A DNA stretch of 57,049 nucleotides from the NCBI RefSeq assembly GCF_000181795.1, contig NW_003526945.1, positions 380,405 through 437,453 on the forward strand. Direction: 5' to 3'. This document shows, one piece after another, positions 1 through 17,019 of this stretch (position 1 is its first letter; each line of letters begins with the position of its first letter). The stretch is from Trichinella spiralis (taxonomy: Eukaryota). The notes under the pieces are model-generated. The model worked only from the letters and a program-made list of their open reading frames with translations, ran no database searches and was not told the origin of the DNA. The translations under genes and the position numbers were made by a program.

Positions 1-4608
<4,608 letters not shown>

Positions 4609-6670
4609 TCGGTCGGCGAGTCGGTCGTTAATCTGTATATTATAGACGAAGTAGTGGAAACGAACCCAACTGGATGAAAAACCACTTCAGTACACGGCAC
4701 CACACACGCCCACGCACAAGTCGACAAAACTGAATTGTCTTCTTCTTCTTCTGTCCGACGACTCCACTACAAATTCGACCAAAATATGTAATCGAAAGGA
4801 AAAAAAACAAACAATCTCCTCCACCGAAATCTCTTCATAAAAAATGCGAATAATTTTAAAAATTATTATTTCGAATTTATTGATTTGAATTGAAAAAAGA
4901 AAGGGAAAAATTGAATATTCGATGGCAAGGAAATGAACGCGCACCGAACAGACAGAACGCCATCAAACGGATTGACCCCCATCGATCGACCGCTCGGCCA
5001 GTAGAATGAACGAACGCGCGCGCATTCCCGGGAGCAAGTTGCGAAATGCGGTCGGCACACCATTGGTCAAAAATGTCCCACTCCGCCCAGGCGGAATGTT
5101 CTCCACTGGCGCCCTCTTCTGGCATGAACCGTGGCCCATTGTTTCTTATAATAAGAGCGGAGAAAAGCCTCTGGCTGACCACTGCCCGACGACCATTTGA
5201 CCAATGCTAACCTGTGCACCGTTGCCAACCAATATTTAAATTGTGGAGTGGTGGCGTCTGCCTGTCTGCACAGTCTATTGCCTGTTGCAGGGAAATTTTC
5301 ACACGCGGTACAAAATTTCAAACTGTACTCGTTCGACAATTCTCTCGCACATTGAATATACCAAAAACAGCAAACATGCCGGTCGTGATCAACTGAACGC
5401 ATTCATTCATCCATCCATTCATTGGAATGTTGAATTGGAAATCAAGCAACCTGCTGCATCCAGCAAAATTTGGCAATATTGTCCTTGTCAACGATGCCCA
5501 AGCGAATTTGAAATTCAATGATTCATTCAAACACAAACATCGAAAAAATGAACCTGAATTTCAGAATATATTTTCAAAATTTTCATTTCAATTTACAAAT
5601 ACACAACGTTTACTTTTCACATATTTCCATCAACATTATACGATGCAGAATTCAAACTAAAACCAAAACAACACTAAACCGACTTTCAATTAACATTTAC
5701 ACTTTTCCTCGAAAATTACATTCATTCTGAGTGACAACTTGTTATTCAAATTGAACATTTTTTAATTTAAAATTCGATGGACATTTTTCAAATTTCAATT
5801 TCATCATTTTCAAATCATTCATGTTATACTGTATGTGGCATGAATTTGAAATTTACAGTTTGACCTAAAAAAGTTTTTCAAAACTTGATCATTATTTGTC
5901 AAAAAAAAGAGAATTCCAAAACAAAACATCTTTACTTCATTTTCGACGGTATTAGACTATAAAATTTAATTTTTTTTTCTTTTTTTGTTCATTTTATTTA
6001 TTTATTTTTTAATAATAATAAACATTTTGTACATATTTTTCATTATACATTTGCCTGTGTGAACCCCCCATTACCCGCGTTTTTTCTCTCATTCTCTGAT
6101 TGGTCCAACATTTCTATTGGCATTTTTCAATTCAATTAAAATTGTAAGTTCAAGCAATATTTATTTGTGTAACATTTTCACTATTGTTCATGAGTGGTTT
6201 TTAATGAAGATTGAAATAAATTCTATTCGCTATAATCTCTGACTGACTCTCTGAATTCAACCGTAATTTTTATTTTCATGCAGCATTAACCAAAATTAAC
6301 AATTGCCAACTAAAAGTGAAACATATGGCGTTCAACATTAATGTACCTTATCAATACTGAACAACAACTATCTCTAATTTCAAAACATTAAACTGAAAAA
6401 TAAAAATAAAAACATAATAAATTTCTTTGCCATCATCCGCGCATACTCCATCCCAGGTGCACTGGCAGATGTTTCCAACCTCCCTGCTGGATAAATTGCT
6501 CTAGAGAATAATTTTTAAGCCGCTGCTAACTTAATAGTTGCAAAAATTAAATTAAAATACAAAATTTATCCTCATTTACTATTTATTTGAAAACAGAATA
6601 CTACATCTCTACCATGCTAAGTACAAAAGTACAATATACAATACTGATTTCAGTGTATCATAATTTCTTT

Positions 6671-8011
6671 TTATCGTCGACGGGTAGTACCATATCCTGG
6701 AAAAAATCATCCATTCAAATACTAATTAAAAATAATAATACAAGCAGTCACATACCAGATGCAGGTTCTCCACGATATCCAGTAGAAGTGGATGGCTGAT
6801 CTTCAGACCACGTCGGTGAAGGAGAACTTCGAAAATGAGAATATCCAAAACCAGTAGGGTGATATGTACTATATAAATAAATATATATATATATACGTGT
6901 GTGTGTATAACAGTAAGTTTACCAATAAGACAATTTGTCACAATTTCACTTACTCCCTGCTGCCAAACAAATAGCCCAAAAGACTACCAGCTCCAAGCCC
7001 AGTCCAAAAGCCGGGTCTCGATGAAGAGCCTCCATCGCAGCCTATCAGCAAAAATTCTATTTACTCTAATTCGCAGATTTTAAAATATGATATTTACCTG
7101 AACTAGGGTAATATTCTGGGCGGAATCCAGGACCTGGTGGTGAACCTCTGCCTCCACCACCACCGCCACCAGGCCACCATCCTCCCCACGAACCTGAGCT
7201 ATCATTATAACTTTGTCCAGCTATCATATTATAAAAAGCATAAATAAAAATACACACACAACCAAAGAACAAAATGTCCGTCAGTTTAAAACCGCTAAAA
7301 GACAAGAATAAAAACAATGAAATGAAAATAAATATTTAAATTACTTACAATATGCAAAGTGATTTACTACTATTAAAGTTGAAAATGTTTGGCAACGACC
7401 ACCACCGCTTCTGTTGCCCATTGTAAGCCCAATCTATGCTATATTCTAGCTGAAACACAAATACACATGCATAACAATATTCAACTTTTTACACTTACGT
7501 ACACCACAAGAGCCTTTTAATATAAACTCATCATCCGGATAATTATAACCTTCGCAAATAACTTCAATCGTTCCAAATTGAAAACGTGGATCCATGTTTG
7601 TTTTGCATTCCCACTGAAAACAATAAACAAAACAATTCAGTATAAAAATATATACTATATGATAAAATTAAATCATAAAACCATGATAATAATTAAAATA
7701 ATTGAAAAACTACATTACATGAACATCAGATCCATCAGTTCCACGATTGTAACACTGAACAACATGTGGTCTAAAGTATGTGCAACCTGCTGTTCCACCG
7801 ACGCATTTTAATTGAGGAATCGGAGTGACTCGTCGTCCAGATGTATAAGCGCCATCTTTGAGAGTCAATACTTCAACATCCCTCAGCCGAATACGGTCCC
7901 TAGAGCTGCTTTCAGATGCTGAAAAAGTTTTAACAATCATTCAATCTTGAATATTAATAAGCACAAATAAATACCAGATATAAGTAAAGCAGCTAGAGTA
8001 AGAATAATCAT
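6671..8011 (-). CDS. SARAF: Store-operated calcium entry-associated regulatory factor (SARAF/TMEM66)
   Basis: Eight exons: 8011-7975, 7918-7719, 7613-7503, 7449-7349, 7294-7098, 7041-6954, 6868-6756, 6696-6671. Signal peptide; LRDVEVLTL..TSGRRVTPIPQLKCVGGTAGC; WECKTNM..CEGYNYPDDEFILKGSCGLEY; one TM helix; PGFWTGLGAGSLLGYLFG; C-terminus SGYGTTRRR*. Confidence 0.95.
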
Positions 8012-8842
8012 GGATAATTTTGAATTTCAGAATAAAAAACGGACAGCTTCCAGTTTGAAACTAAAGTCGTTAATATTATTAAAAGTTTCACACAAATGTG
8101 CAGTTGAACTTGACCACTTGTAACAACACTAATATCACTCTACATATAATGGCTAATTAAAACGTCAGCTGTTACTGTAACTGCCTAATTAAATTCAAGT
8201 GTAAAAGTGTTGTAAAGTTAAGACGCAATATTCATTAACTGTTTTTTTAATTAATTTATTATATTATATTATATTATATTATAAAAATGCATAATATTGT
8301 ATTATTATAATTTAAAATTATAATTCATAAAATGCTTATAAAGTGTTTAAGTTTCGTATAAATAAAATGTGGTAAATAGCATCAATTTTTTTAATAGTAA
8401 ATCTCGTCATAAGAGCATCATTAAGGATTTCTACCAACTTATCATGCATTTTAAAAATATTTTAATATATTTTATGAGTTTTTATTTTATATAATGCTAT
8501 TGAAATCTCATTGCTCACCCTTGGGTACAGTACCATGTTACTACTGTAATTGAAGAATTGCTTCAATAAATATTTTAAAAAAGCATTTGTTTTATTAATT
8601 TTGCGTTTTACAATTTACTTTTTATTAGTATAATTTTTTAAATACGGAATATATGTCTGTTATCAGACAATAAATAAACAGCACTTCTTGCTTTATTTAC
8701 AGATTACTGTCGTGAGTTTATCATTTTTAGAACTTTTTGTTGAATAACGCCGATTCATTATTGCAAGCACATTTATTAATTTTCATTTGATATTTCTTAA
8801 ATTTTTCAAATTTATCTCTATTTTTTTGTAGCTTTTTTAAAA

Positions 8843-9088
8843 ATGGTGTGTATTCCGTGCATTTTGGTACCGTTTTTTCTCTGGTTGTACATCAAGTTTA
8901 TCCAACCACTTATTTGGCGATATGTGCCGGAGAAATGGCGTACTAGAGTAGATTATTGGCTTTACCCAACCTGTAAAGTACGCGATTTGCCTGCCGATGA
9001 TGAAGAAACTACAGGAAAGACAAAGGAAAGCGAAGAACGTTATTTTGCAGTTGATGAACGTTCACATTTTACTGAAAGTGTTGAATGA
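8843..9088 (+). CDS. C18orf32: UPF0729 / C18orf32-like small protein (81 aa)
   Basis: N-terminus MVCIPCILVPFFLWLYIKFIQP matches the characteristic UPF0729 start (MVCIPCIVIPVLLW..). Acceptor TTTTGTAG ends 12 nt upstream of the ATG. Confidence 0.88.
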   Translation: MVCIPCILVPFFLWLYIKFIQPLIWRYVPEKWRTRVDYWLYPTCKVRDLPADDEETTGKTKESEERYFAVDERSHFTESVE

Positions 9089-9781
9089 GATTTTTGATCT
9101 GTGGAAAGATGAATCATGAAATGCGATTTACTTTATATTGCTTTAGTCTTACATTTAATTCTGTTATTAGTCTGATTAAACTGTATTGGTGAATAGTTGC
9201 ATTTTTGAAGTTACAATGCCGTGCAAATTTCCGGCCAAGTAGTCTTTTTGTTTTCAAATGCGAATATCGTTATTGTTTCTTTGCATAAGTTGCCTGTTTA
9301 AAGTGTTTTTATAGATACCTGCGAAAATGCAATTGCAGTAGGAGATAGCAGCAGTTATTTCGCTTAAAGTCGGAACAAAGAAGTTTTGCAATCAAAGAAG
9401 CTTCAACTTTACTGGTTGTTTACATCTGTGATTGAATGCATTGCGTCAGTTTTCTTTTAATTAATGAAAATTGTTACAATTTAGTAAGATATGTTTAATA
9501 TTAATTTGTGTGAAAATATTTTATTCTAAATTTATATTATAATTGGGTATGTGGTTTGCTACTTGTGCAACCAGTGTTATTAGTATTTGTAATATTTGTA
9601 AATTTATATTTGAAAAACGTGTGGTAAATATACGAGATTTAAAATGATGAAATGTTTTAAAATAAAGTGTAGAATGCATTTTCATTTTTGTAATGTAGTA
9701 GTTAGTTTTACAGAATTGTATAATTTTAGGAAGTACAGATTGCAAATTAAAAGATTGGCACGAAACAAGAAAATTTTACAA

Positions 9782-11395
9782 ATGCATTCGTCAAAGGTAG
9801 ATTTTTAATTTTTGTCTTGTGTTTGCTAATTTTGCATTTGAAAAGTGTTTATGTATTTTATATTCAAATCATTATTTTATGAATCACACAACAAATTCTG
9901 TTTTAGAAACTAATTTTAGTTCGACTTTTGTTAAATTGATTTATTAGTATTGTTTTTATAGATTATAGTTAAATGATTTTAAGAAATTAATTGTTAAAAA
10001 TGAGAAAATTTTAATATTTAGAAACAAAATTCAATCTCTTGGCATTCCAAATGCATTAGTTTGGGTGTGTTGGTTTTCACGACATCTAGTGTTGTTCTGC
10101 TTCTGCGTTATTCGCGTACAATGAACGTGACCGATGGACGGTATTTGTCTTCAACTGCTGTCGCTTTGTCAGAAGTGCTCAAAGTGGTTATTTCGTTGGT
10201 CATGATTTTTCATGAAGCTGGTCGAAAATTTCCTCTTGAATATTTTACTTATTACTTCATTCTATGTTCACAATTTTAGGATATTCAGTTTCTGAAATGC
10301 AAACTCAACTGCGCACAGAAATGATCGTGAAACGCTATGAAATGTTGAAAATGCTTGTGCCGGCACTTTTGTACATCGCACAAAATAATTTATTATTTTT
10401 AGCCTTGTCCAATCTGGATGCAGCGACGTATCAAGTATGAGAATTTTTACAGAGATTGTTTGATTTTTAAATTTCTTTAAAATAATATTTTGTATTATAG
10501 ATAACTTATCAAAGTAAAATTTTAACTACGGCCATTTTGTCAGTACTTATGCTTGGTAAACGATTGGATTTGTTGAAATGGTTGTCGTTGTTTGCTCTAA
10601 TGTGTGGCGTTGCCATTGTTCAGGTATTCAATTAGGAAGTTTAATTTTATTTGCTATTTTCAATATTCAAATTTGAAATTTATTCAAGATTCCTGCTAAT
10701 TCAACTGTGGATCAGCAGTTCACGCATGACTGGTCGAGTAAAGTGATCGGCTTGTCGGCCGTGATTATTGCTTGTTTTACAAGTGGATTCTCTGGTGTTT
10801 ACTTGGAGTTGATTTTGAAAACTACCAATACTTCTCTTTGGATGCGCAATTTTCAATTGGGTACAGTTTTTATTATGCAAAAATTAACTGTTGTCGAAAA
10901 TTGTATTCTTTTCGCGCAGCTTTATTTAGCGTTTTCTCTGGATTTGGTGCTGTATTTGTCAACGATTTGTCTGCAGTTGTTGAAAACGGTTTCTTTCAGG
11001 GTTATAACATTTTTACGTGGCTTGTTATATTACTTCAGGTGAGCTTTTGCAAATGTTAGTACTTTTATGAAAATGATAATTATGAAGTTTTTAAAAAGAT
11101 TTAGGCTTTTGGTGGACTTGTCATTGGGATGGTAGTCAAGTATATGGATAATATTGTAAAAGTGTTTGCGTCGTCTATATCGATCGTCTTATCTGGTCTT
11201 TTGTCATATTTTTTGTTGGCAGACTTCCAGCCGACTGTGTACGTATGTTTTTTGTAGATTATTCTTTACATATTATTTATATTGATAGAGACTTCATTTT
11301 CTTATTTTAAACATTTAAAAATACTAATTTCTTTTAGGACTTTTTTAATTGGAGCCATCCTCGTCATTGCAGCAACGTACATGTACTCTTGTTAG
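9782..11395 (+). CDS. SLC35A-family nucleotide-sugar transporter (UDP-Gal/UDP-GlcNAc; SLC35A2/A3/srf-3-like)
   Basis: Exons 9782-9796, 10022-10220, 10280-10434, 10501-10623, 10689-10860, 10920-11038, 11105-11238, 11338-11395. Motifs: [96 protein letters not shown]. The short first exon is less certain. Confidence 0.93.
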
Positions 11396-12299
11396 TGCTT
11401 CAAACTAGTACATTGTGATTACGACTGTCGTAACATCTACTTGTCAAACTATTTTCATTGTTTGCTTGCTACTTTGAACATTTTAATCATAGCAATTGGA
11501 ATTGTTAGAGAAAACTTTTATTCTGCTTTTATTTAAATTTATTCATTTAGAATATTGCATATGAGCGAAAAACGGAGTACTTTTGCAGAAGCTGTGATCA
11601 TGTTTTCATTGAAAACTTTTTAGATAATCAAAAATTGATATTGTCATTAAATTTTGAAATTATTTGAAAGTTTGTCTTTGAGCAATAATTGTAAAGCAAT
11701 TTCTAATTTCACAAATATGAAAAAATTAATAAATCTATGAACAGTTTTTAATGAATTTAAATGTACTTGCCTATTTATAAAAGGAATACTGTAATGGCGA
11801 CTTGTTTTTGCTATCGCCCTACGATGCTTCAGTGTTAGGTCGAAGCTTCATCGTAAGTTGTTTAGTTGCTCGCCAACTTTTGAGGGTATTCACCTACTGC
11901 AATGGCTAAGATTGCTCTTTTTTACTAACACTGAAATAGTTTTATTAAATTAATTTTAAAAAACTTAAAATTTCGATCCGCTTTTAGAAATAAATTTATC
12001 ATTTTATGATGGATAAAAATTGCTGAAAATGTAAAATTGAACAGAGTATATTTTTGGGGCAAAGATTTTTTGCTAAAATTGTTTGTTAATCAAATTTTAT
12101 TATAGTTATTGTTAATATCAGGGTTGTTATGAGTTTTTCATATCGTGGCTGCATTTTAAGCATTTTTAACCGTGCGAAATGTAATCAATACGCAGTTATC
12201 AATCTTGTACCGATAGTGTACAACTTTCATGTTGAAGTGTTACAATAGGAAACTTAATATTGTTTTCATTTTTGAACAGTTGTAAAAAAGTTTTGCCAA

Positions 12300-14238
12300 A
12301 TGTCATCTCCAACGAAGCAGACAACTGTTGCTTCATCCGAAGACGAAAATGTTGGTAAGTTGTAAATTAAAATTATTTATGTGGTTTTAAAAATTACTTT
12401 ACATTTTTGGATAAAATAAAATAGAGTAAAATAGACTATGACTGTTGAATTTTAAATTGAAAGTAGTATTTTGGAAGTTGATCAGTTTGATCAATTGTAA
12501 TTTTGTTTGTGAAACTTCAAATGGAAAAATTTGAATAAGATTTATATATCATCTATTGGAAAAGATATTGCTTATGATTAGTGAAAAAAGTAGTTTAGAG
12601 TAATAACGATTAGAGTTATTCAACATTAAGGAATATCGGCTGTTATTATTTGGGTATAAATTTTTTGAATTTGTTCTACAGTACGATAAGGCTCAGTGCA
12701 TTTTTTCATTGTATTCTGTAATAGGAGCTGTAACAGTTTAATCAATGTAAAGTTAATGTTTTTATGGTCTTTGATGAACGCTAGTGATTGTTCTTACGAA
12801 AGGAATTCAGTTATTACTTTGACGTTGTCGTTTTCGGTAAAGTAATGTTTTAAATAGAATTGTTGATTTTCTTACTTTTTTGTTACTTTATGTATGATTT
12901 AACTGGAATTTTGGGGATACATACATACATACATACATATGTATATTATTATGAATTGCACAACGTTACAAATCTGATTTATCTATATCAGTGGTTGTCA
13001 ACTCCTGTGAACGCACGCCACCCCCCTCCCCCTTAACGAAAGTTGTGCAGTTCATGCCCCACCTCTAAAAAAAGTGTTGCGGTATATATTCTGTGCACGC
13101 AAAGCAAATTTTTGCTCCATGGTTGCATCAAGCCAACCCAGTTTCCACAGTAAACTATTCCTGAATGATTTACAATAAAATTTTAATAAGAGTACTGACA
13201 ATGCTATTTGTGATGATGTTGTGTATTCTTGGGGCAGTGGGTGATAAGGTGCATTGTAAGTCGCTTTCAACGTTTAACCTAGTGCGATGCTGCGTATGAA
13301 GTGCTATAAGTGCTGAGAATCCTGTTTCACAAAGGTACGTTGATGTGAATGGAACCAATATGCGAACTAAGATAACGAGAAAGAAAAGTTGGCGAAAATT
13401 TAGCCCGAAGTAGACCAAACTGAATTTCTAACACCTATGCAGGACTGGAAATTCTAACTTCTCACGCCCCCCTCCAGGAACCTTCCTACGTCTCCCTAGG
13501 GGGGCGTGCCCCCTGGTTGAGAACCACTGACCTATATGTTATAGTATACGAAATGCAGGAGTAAATATAAGAAATATAGAATATGAAGTATACCGATGTT
13601 AAAAGCAGTTGCACAAATCGTAATTGCAGTAGTAATTTTAATTTTTCAAACATTTGATTTTCTCGTAACAATCAAAAATTATTATTATTGTTGTTGTTGT
13701 TGCTGTTGCTTCTTATTTTCGTGTAGCACGTGAATAAGCGTAAGGAATGTTTATTCAAAAAGTGATTTGTTAAATTTTTGATGAATTTTAATTTGTTTTG
13801 AAATTGATGATGCGCTTCAGATGTCAGTAAAAAATCAATGAGTGGAGCAAAAGGTGAATCTGCAGAAGGCATTGCTTGCTTGTTACGACCGTCGAAGTTG
13901 AGTACAGTTGTTGAGAAGATTCAATCAAAAAATGTTGACTGTGGTAATTTGGCTAATTTTTAATAAAGCACGATTTTGAAATTGATTTTTTTCACTTGCA
14001 GATTTGGGCAGTGAATCTAAGCCTCCATTGAAACGACCAGCTGAGGATGCATCTTCGACCGATGTTCTTGTGCATGTGGACTTAGGAAAAGTGTTCGATC
14101 ATGAACCGACGTCGAAAAAATTTGCTCCTAGTGATAAGGACAGTTCTTCATCTGATTTTGTTTTTGGCAAAAATATTGAAGAACGAGTCGATGTGAGTTT
14201 TTCTCTTTTTTGTTTCTTAATAAAATGCGAAACAATGG

Positions 14239-14275
<37 letters not shown>

Positions 14276-15308
14276 TTATTTACTTATATTTATGTATTTA
14301 TTTTTCTTTTATTTATACCGTATCAGCTTACGCAAAGTAGTATTTTATCGGAAGAGACAACATCGGAATGTAAAAGTGATTCACTGGGGTATCAGCTATC
14401 GAGTAAAGAAGAATATAGTGTCGACAGTTCTTTGTATGAAGATAGCTTGAATGCAACATTAATACAGGTAAAGTTAATTTCAAATGTCTCAGCTTTCCAA
14501 CTGAATCGTTTTGAAATGGAATAGAAAAATATTTTTTCATTTTACTTTAAATTTTCCATATAATCGATGATGATTTTTTGATTCAATTTGAATATGCTGG
14601 TTTTGCTTTAAGATGCAATGTAAATTGTACACTTTTGATGCGGATAAATGTTCCTGGCACAATAAAGGTCACTGTAATTTTAAAATTGAAGAATTTTTTC
14701 AAGATAATTCATCGAAAGCTCTTACAAGGATTGGTAAGTTTGACGTTTGTTGTTGGTTGGAAAATATGTATTTGTAAAATTTATTATGAGGAAAACTGTT
14801 GCAGTTTTGCGAATGCTGGGTAGCAAACGACTGTGCATAAATTCTCGCCTGTGGGATGGCATGTCGTTTCGTATTCTTGATCGAAAGAAATTGCAATTCT
14901 CAGCAACTGATCTTGTAAATCCTCAACACATTCAGACTTGTTTGATTGTGGTAACTGATGTTTCATCTTTTTCTGTTTATTGTTCATTTGTGAATGAAAA
15001 ATGCATATTTTGCTTGCATAAAGCTGATTCCATATATTTACCGATTATTCGGTTCAATATTTTTTTTTCATTTTTAGGGAAACGAATTGCAAATTGCTTC
15101 AGCGGCGAAAATTATTGAAATGAAATTGAAAGAATTGGCATTGGAAGCTAGTTGTTGCTCAGACAATGAAAAAATTAACAGTGAAAAGCAAGACTGTACT
15201 GAGAAATTAAATGAAAAGAGAACTACCGAGAATGTTGAAAAAAACAGCTTACGCGAACAAAATATAGATGATAATGATGAAGAATTGAACAAAGAAGTTA
15301 AAATTTAA
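12300..15308 (+). CDS. RANBP3: Ran-binding protein 3-like (RanBD domain)
   Basis: Exons 12300-12354, 13821-13943, 14002-14192, 14327-14467, 14613-14733, 14805-14950, 15078-15308. Motifs LLRPSKL, PPLKRP (NLS-like), FVFGKNIEERV, and RanBD MQCKLYTFDADKCSWHNKG..RIVLRMLGSKRLCINSRLWDGM. Confidence 0.82.
12989..13529 (-). mobile_element. Non-autonomous hAT (Buster/Charlie-type) DNA transposon, internal deletion derivative
   Basis: TIRs CAGTGGTTGTCAAC (12989-13002) and GTTGAGAACCACTG (13516-13529) match 13/14. 8-bp TSD ATCTATAT/ACCTATAT with central TA. GC-rich subterminal sequence. Internal minus-strand fragment LVPFTSTYLCETGFSALIALHTQHRTRLNVESDL is the hAT C-terminal dimerisation region. Confidence 0.93.
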
Positions 15309-16049
15309 CTAGTATTGCAGTTGTTTTAATGGAGAAAAATTTTCCGCAAATTATTTGAATTAAAATTTAAAAAAATAAAATTAAAATTCATAATTTCCGT
15401 GTGTCAACGTTAAACAGTCAACCTCTTTTGAATGGTTTTTATTATGAACTTTTGTAGGTTGCACCATCGCAATGTTATGCAACATAGCGATGCAAAAGAA
15501 ACTTATAGTCTAATCCATTTTTACTACTTTGTCAGCATTTTGATCGACTGTAACTATTCTATATTGGTTTTTCATTTCCAACGAAGCTGTACTTCAACAA
15601 ATGCATGTATGGCCCAGTACCAAGCATTCGCATTTATAAACGGTATGAAAAAACCAAAATGTTCTAAAAAAATACAATATTACAAGAAGGTAATATGAAT
15701 AAATTAAAAAAATTTCAGTAGTTTCTTATTAATTATCATTTCATCAAATTAATTTTCCACAATGTACTTATAAAATTCACATTTTTACCCTGCACTATGA
15801 TAATGCTAAGTGGAGTATTAATTTCAGCGGCAATTTTTCGTTTTTCACCAAGTAACAAGTTATAAATTACTTTTTTACGCATGTTTCAGTTACCAGATTT
15901 ATTTTCATTTCTCATCAGCATTATTGCACTTCTCACAAGATACTTAGCGAAGATAAAATGCAAAAACGTTCCTGGCCAGTGCAGCTGTTATGCAATTAGA
16001 ACATCACGCTGTTGTATTATTTTTCACCTTTTCCAGATTTTTTAACTAA

Positions 16050-16360
16050 ATTGCATTGCTTTTCTGTTCAATCACTGCACAATGAGCTGTTGTCTTACCA
16101 TTAAGATTCACTGATCAAACGAATTTGTTTCTGATAAAATCAAAATAGCAGCTTTTATATTCTATCCGGTTTTACCGCTTAGCGCTTACGAAAATGCGAG
16201 CATGATTCTAATTTTAGTTTCTTCTTCATTTTCTAGGCTGCGCTTAGTTGCATTTTGGTTTTCGATTTAACTGGCGATGATTATCTATTCGCATTTACAT
16301 ATTTCCAGTTTGAGTGAAAACGAGAAAATGCTTTCTTTTGTTCTTTGTTTTTATCAAGAT
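16050..16360. repeat. Diverged direct repeat, copy A (partner at 20265-20590)
   Basis: Colinear similarity read by eye, e.g. ACCATTAAGATTCACTGATCAAAC vs ACCATTGAGATTTACTGAACAAAC. Identical 22-mer TCGCATTTACATATTTCCAGTT at 16289-16310 and 20511-20532. Boundaries approximate. Confidence 0.88.
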
Positions 16361-17019
16361 GGTATTAACAAATTTCATATTAGTCGTTTTATAAAATAAT
16401 TTACGTAGGTTTGTTTTAAATATTGCATTTAATCCCATTCGAAGAGTTATTCAGATAAGAATGATCATTTGTTATATTTTAATTTATTCTGCCAAATGAG
16501 AAACAACAACAGATTTATTGTAATTTTCACATTATATTGTTTACCTGATGTTTTCCTTACCATTTTATTATTAACACATAAGCGAGAAGTTCCTTTTACC
16601 CATTGAGTAATCAGCAATTCAAATACATTACTACTAATTTAATGAATTCTCTGGATGTGGTGGTGATAAGTTGTGAAGCGTATGTTAAATTACTTCATTG
16701 AATACGTCAACAAATGCATTTCGTACAAGTTTTATTTAATTTCATAATTACTGTGAGACTGAAATGTCAAGTGAATGAAAGAGTGGTACCTGCAACGAAG
16801 TAATCTTTGAAACAAGGCTATCCTCATTCACTGTGAATTAATTAAGTATTAGAACAACTATAAAAGGAAAGGTAAAGCGTTCATTTGAATACAAAATAAA
16901 TTCAGTTGAAATATTTATTTGAAAAGCGCCAATTTTGAAATATAAAACAGTTTTAACACGAATAACAGAAATACATGAGATGTCGACATACTACTAAAAA
17001 AGAGTTTATTCCAATAATA

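Noticed and set aside
11820..11856. SECIS element on the minus strand (ATGA..AA stem-loop)
   Set aside because: No 3' GA for the kink-turn quartet, and no nearby minus-strand gene with an in-frame TGA.
11761..11923. U1/U11 snRNA or SL RNA identity for the hairpin island
   Set aside because: GTACTTGCC and AAAAGG resemble the U1 and U11 5' ends, but the U1 loop motifs, the U11 ATCAAGA loop and a properly placed Sm site are missing. The GTAAGT is not preceded by an AG-ending leader.
13052..13418. Independent domesticated hAT gene (ZBED5/SCAND3-like)
   Set aside because: Only a short C-terminal transposase fragment, enclosed by TIRs and a TSD; no catalytic core.
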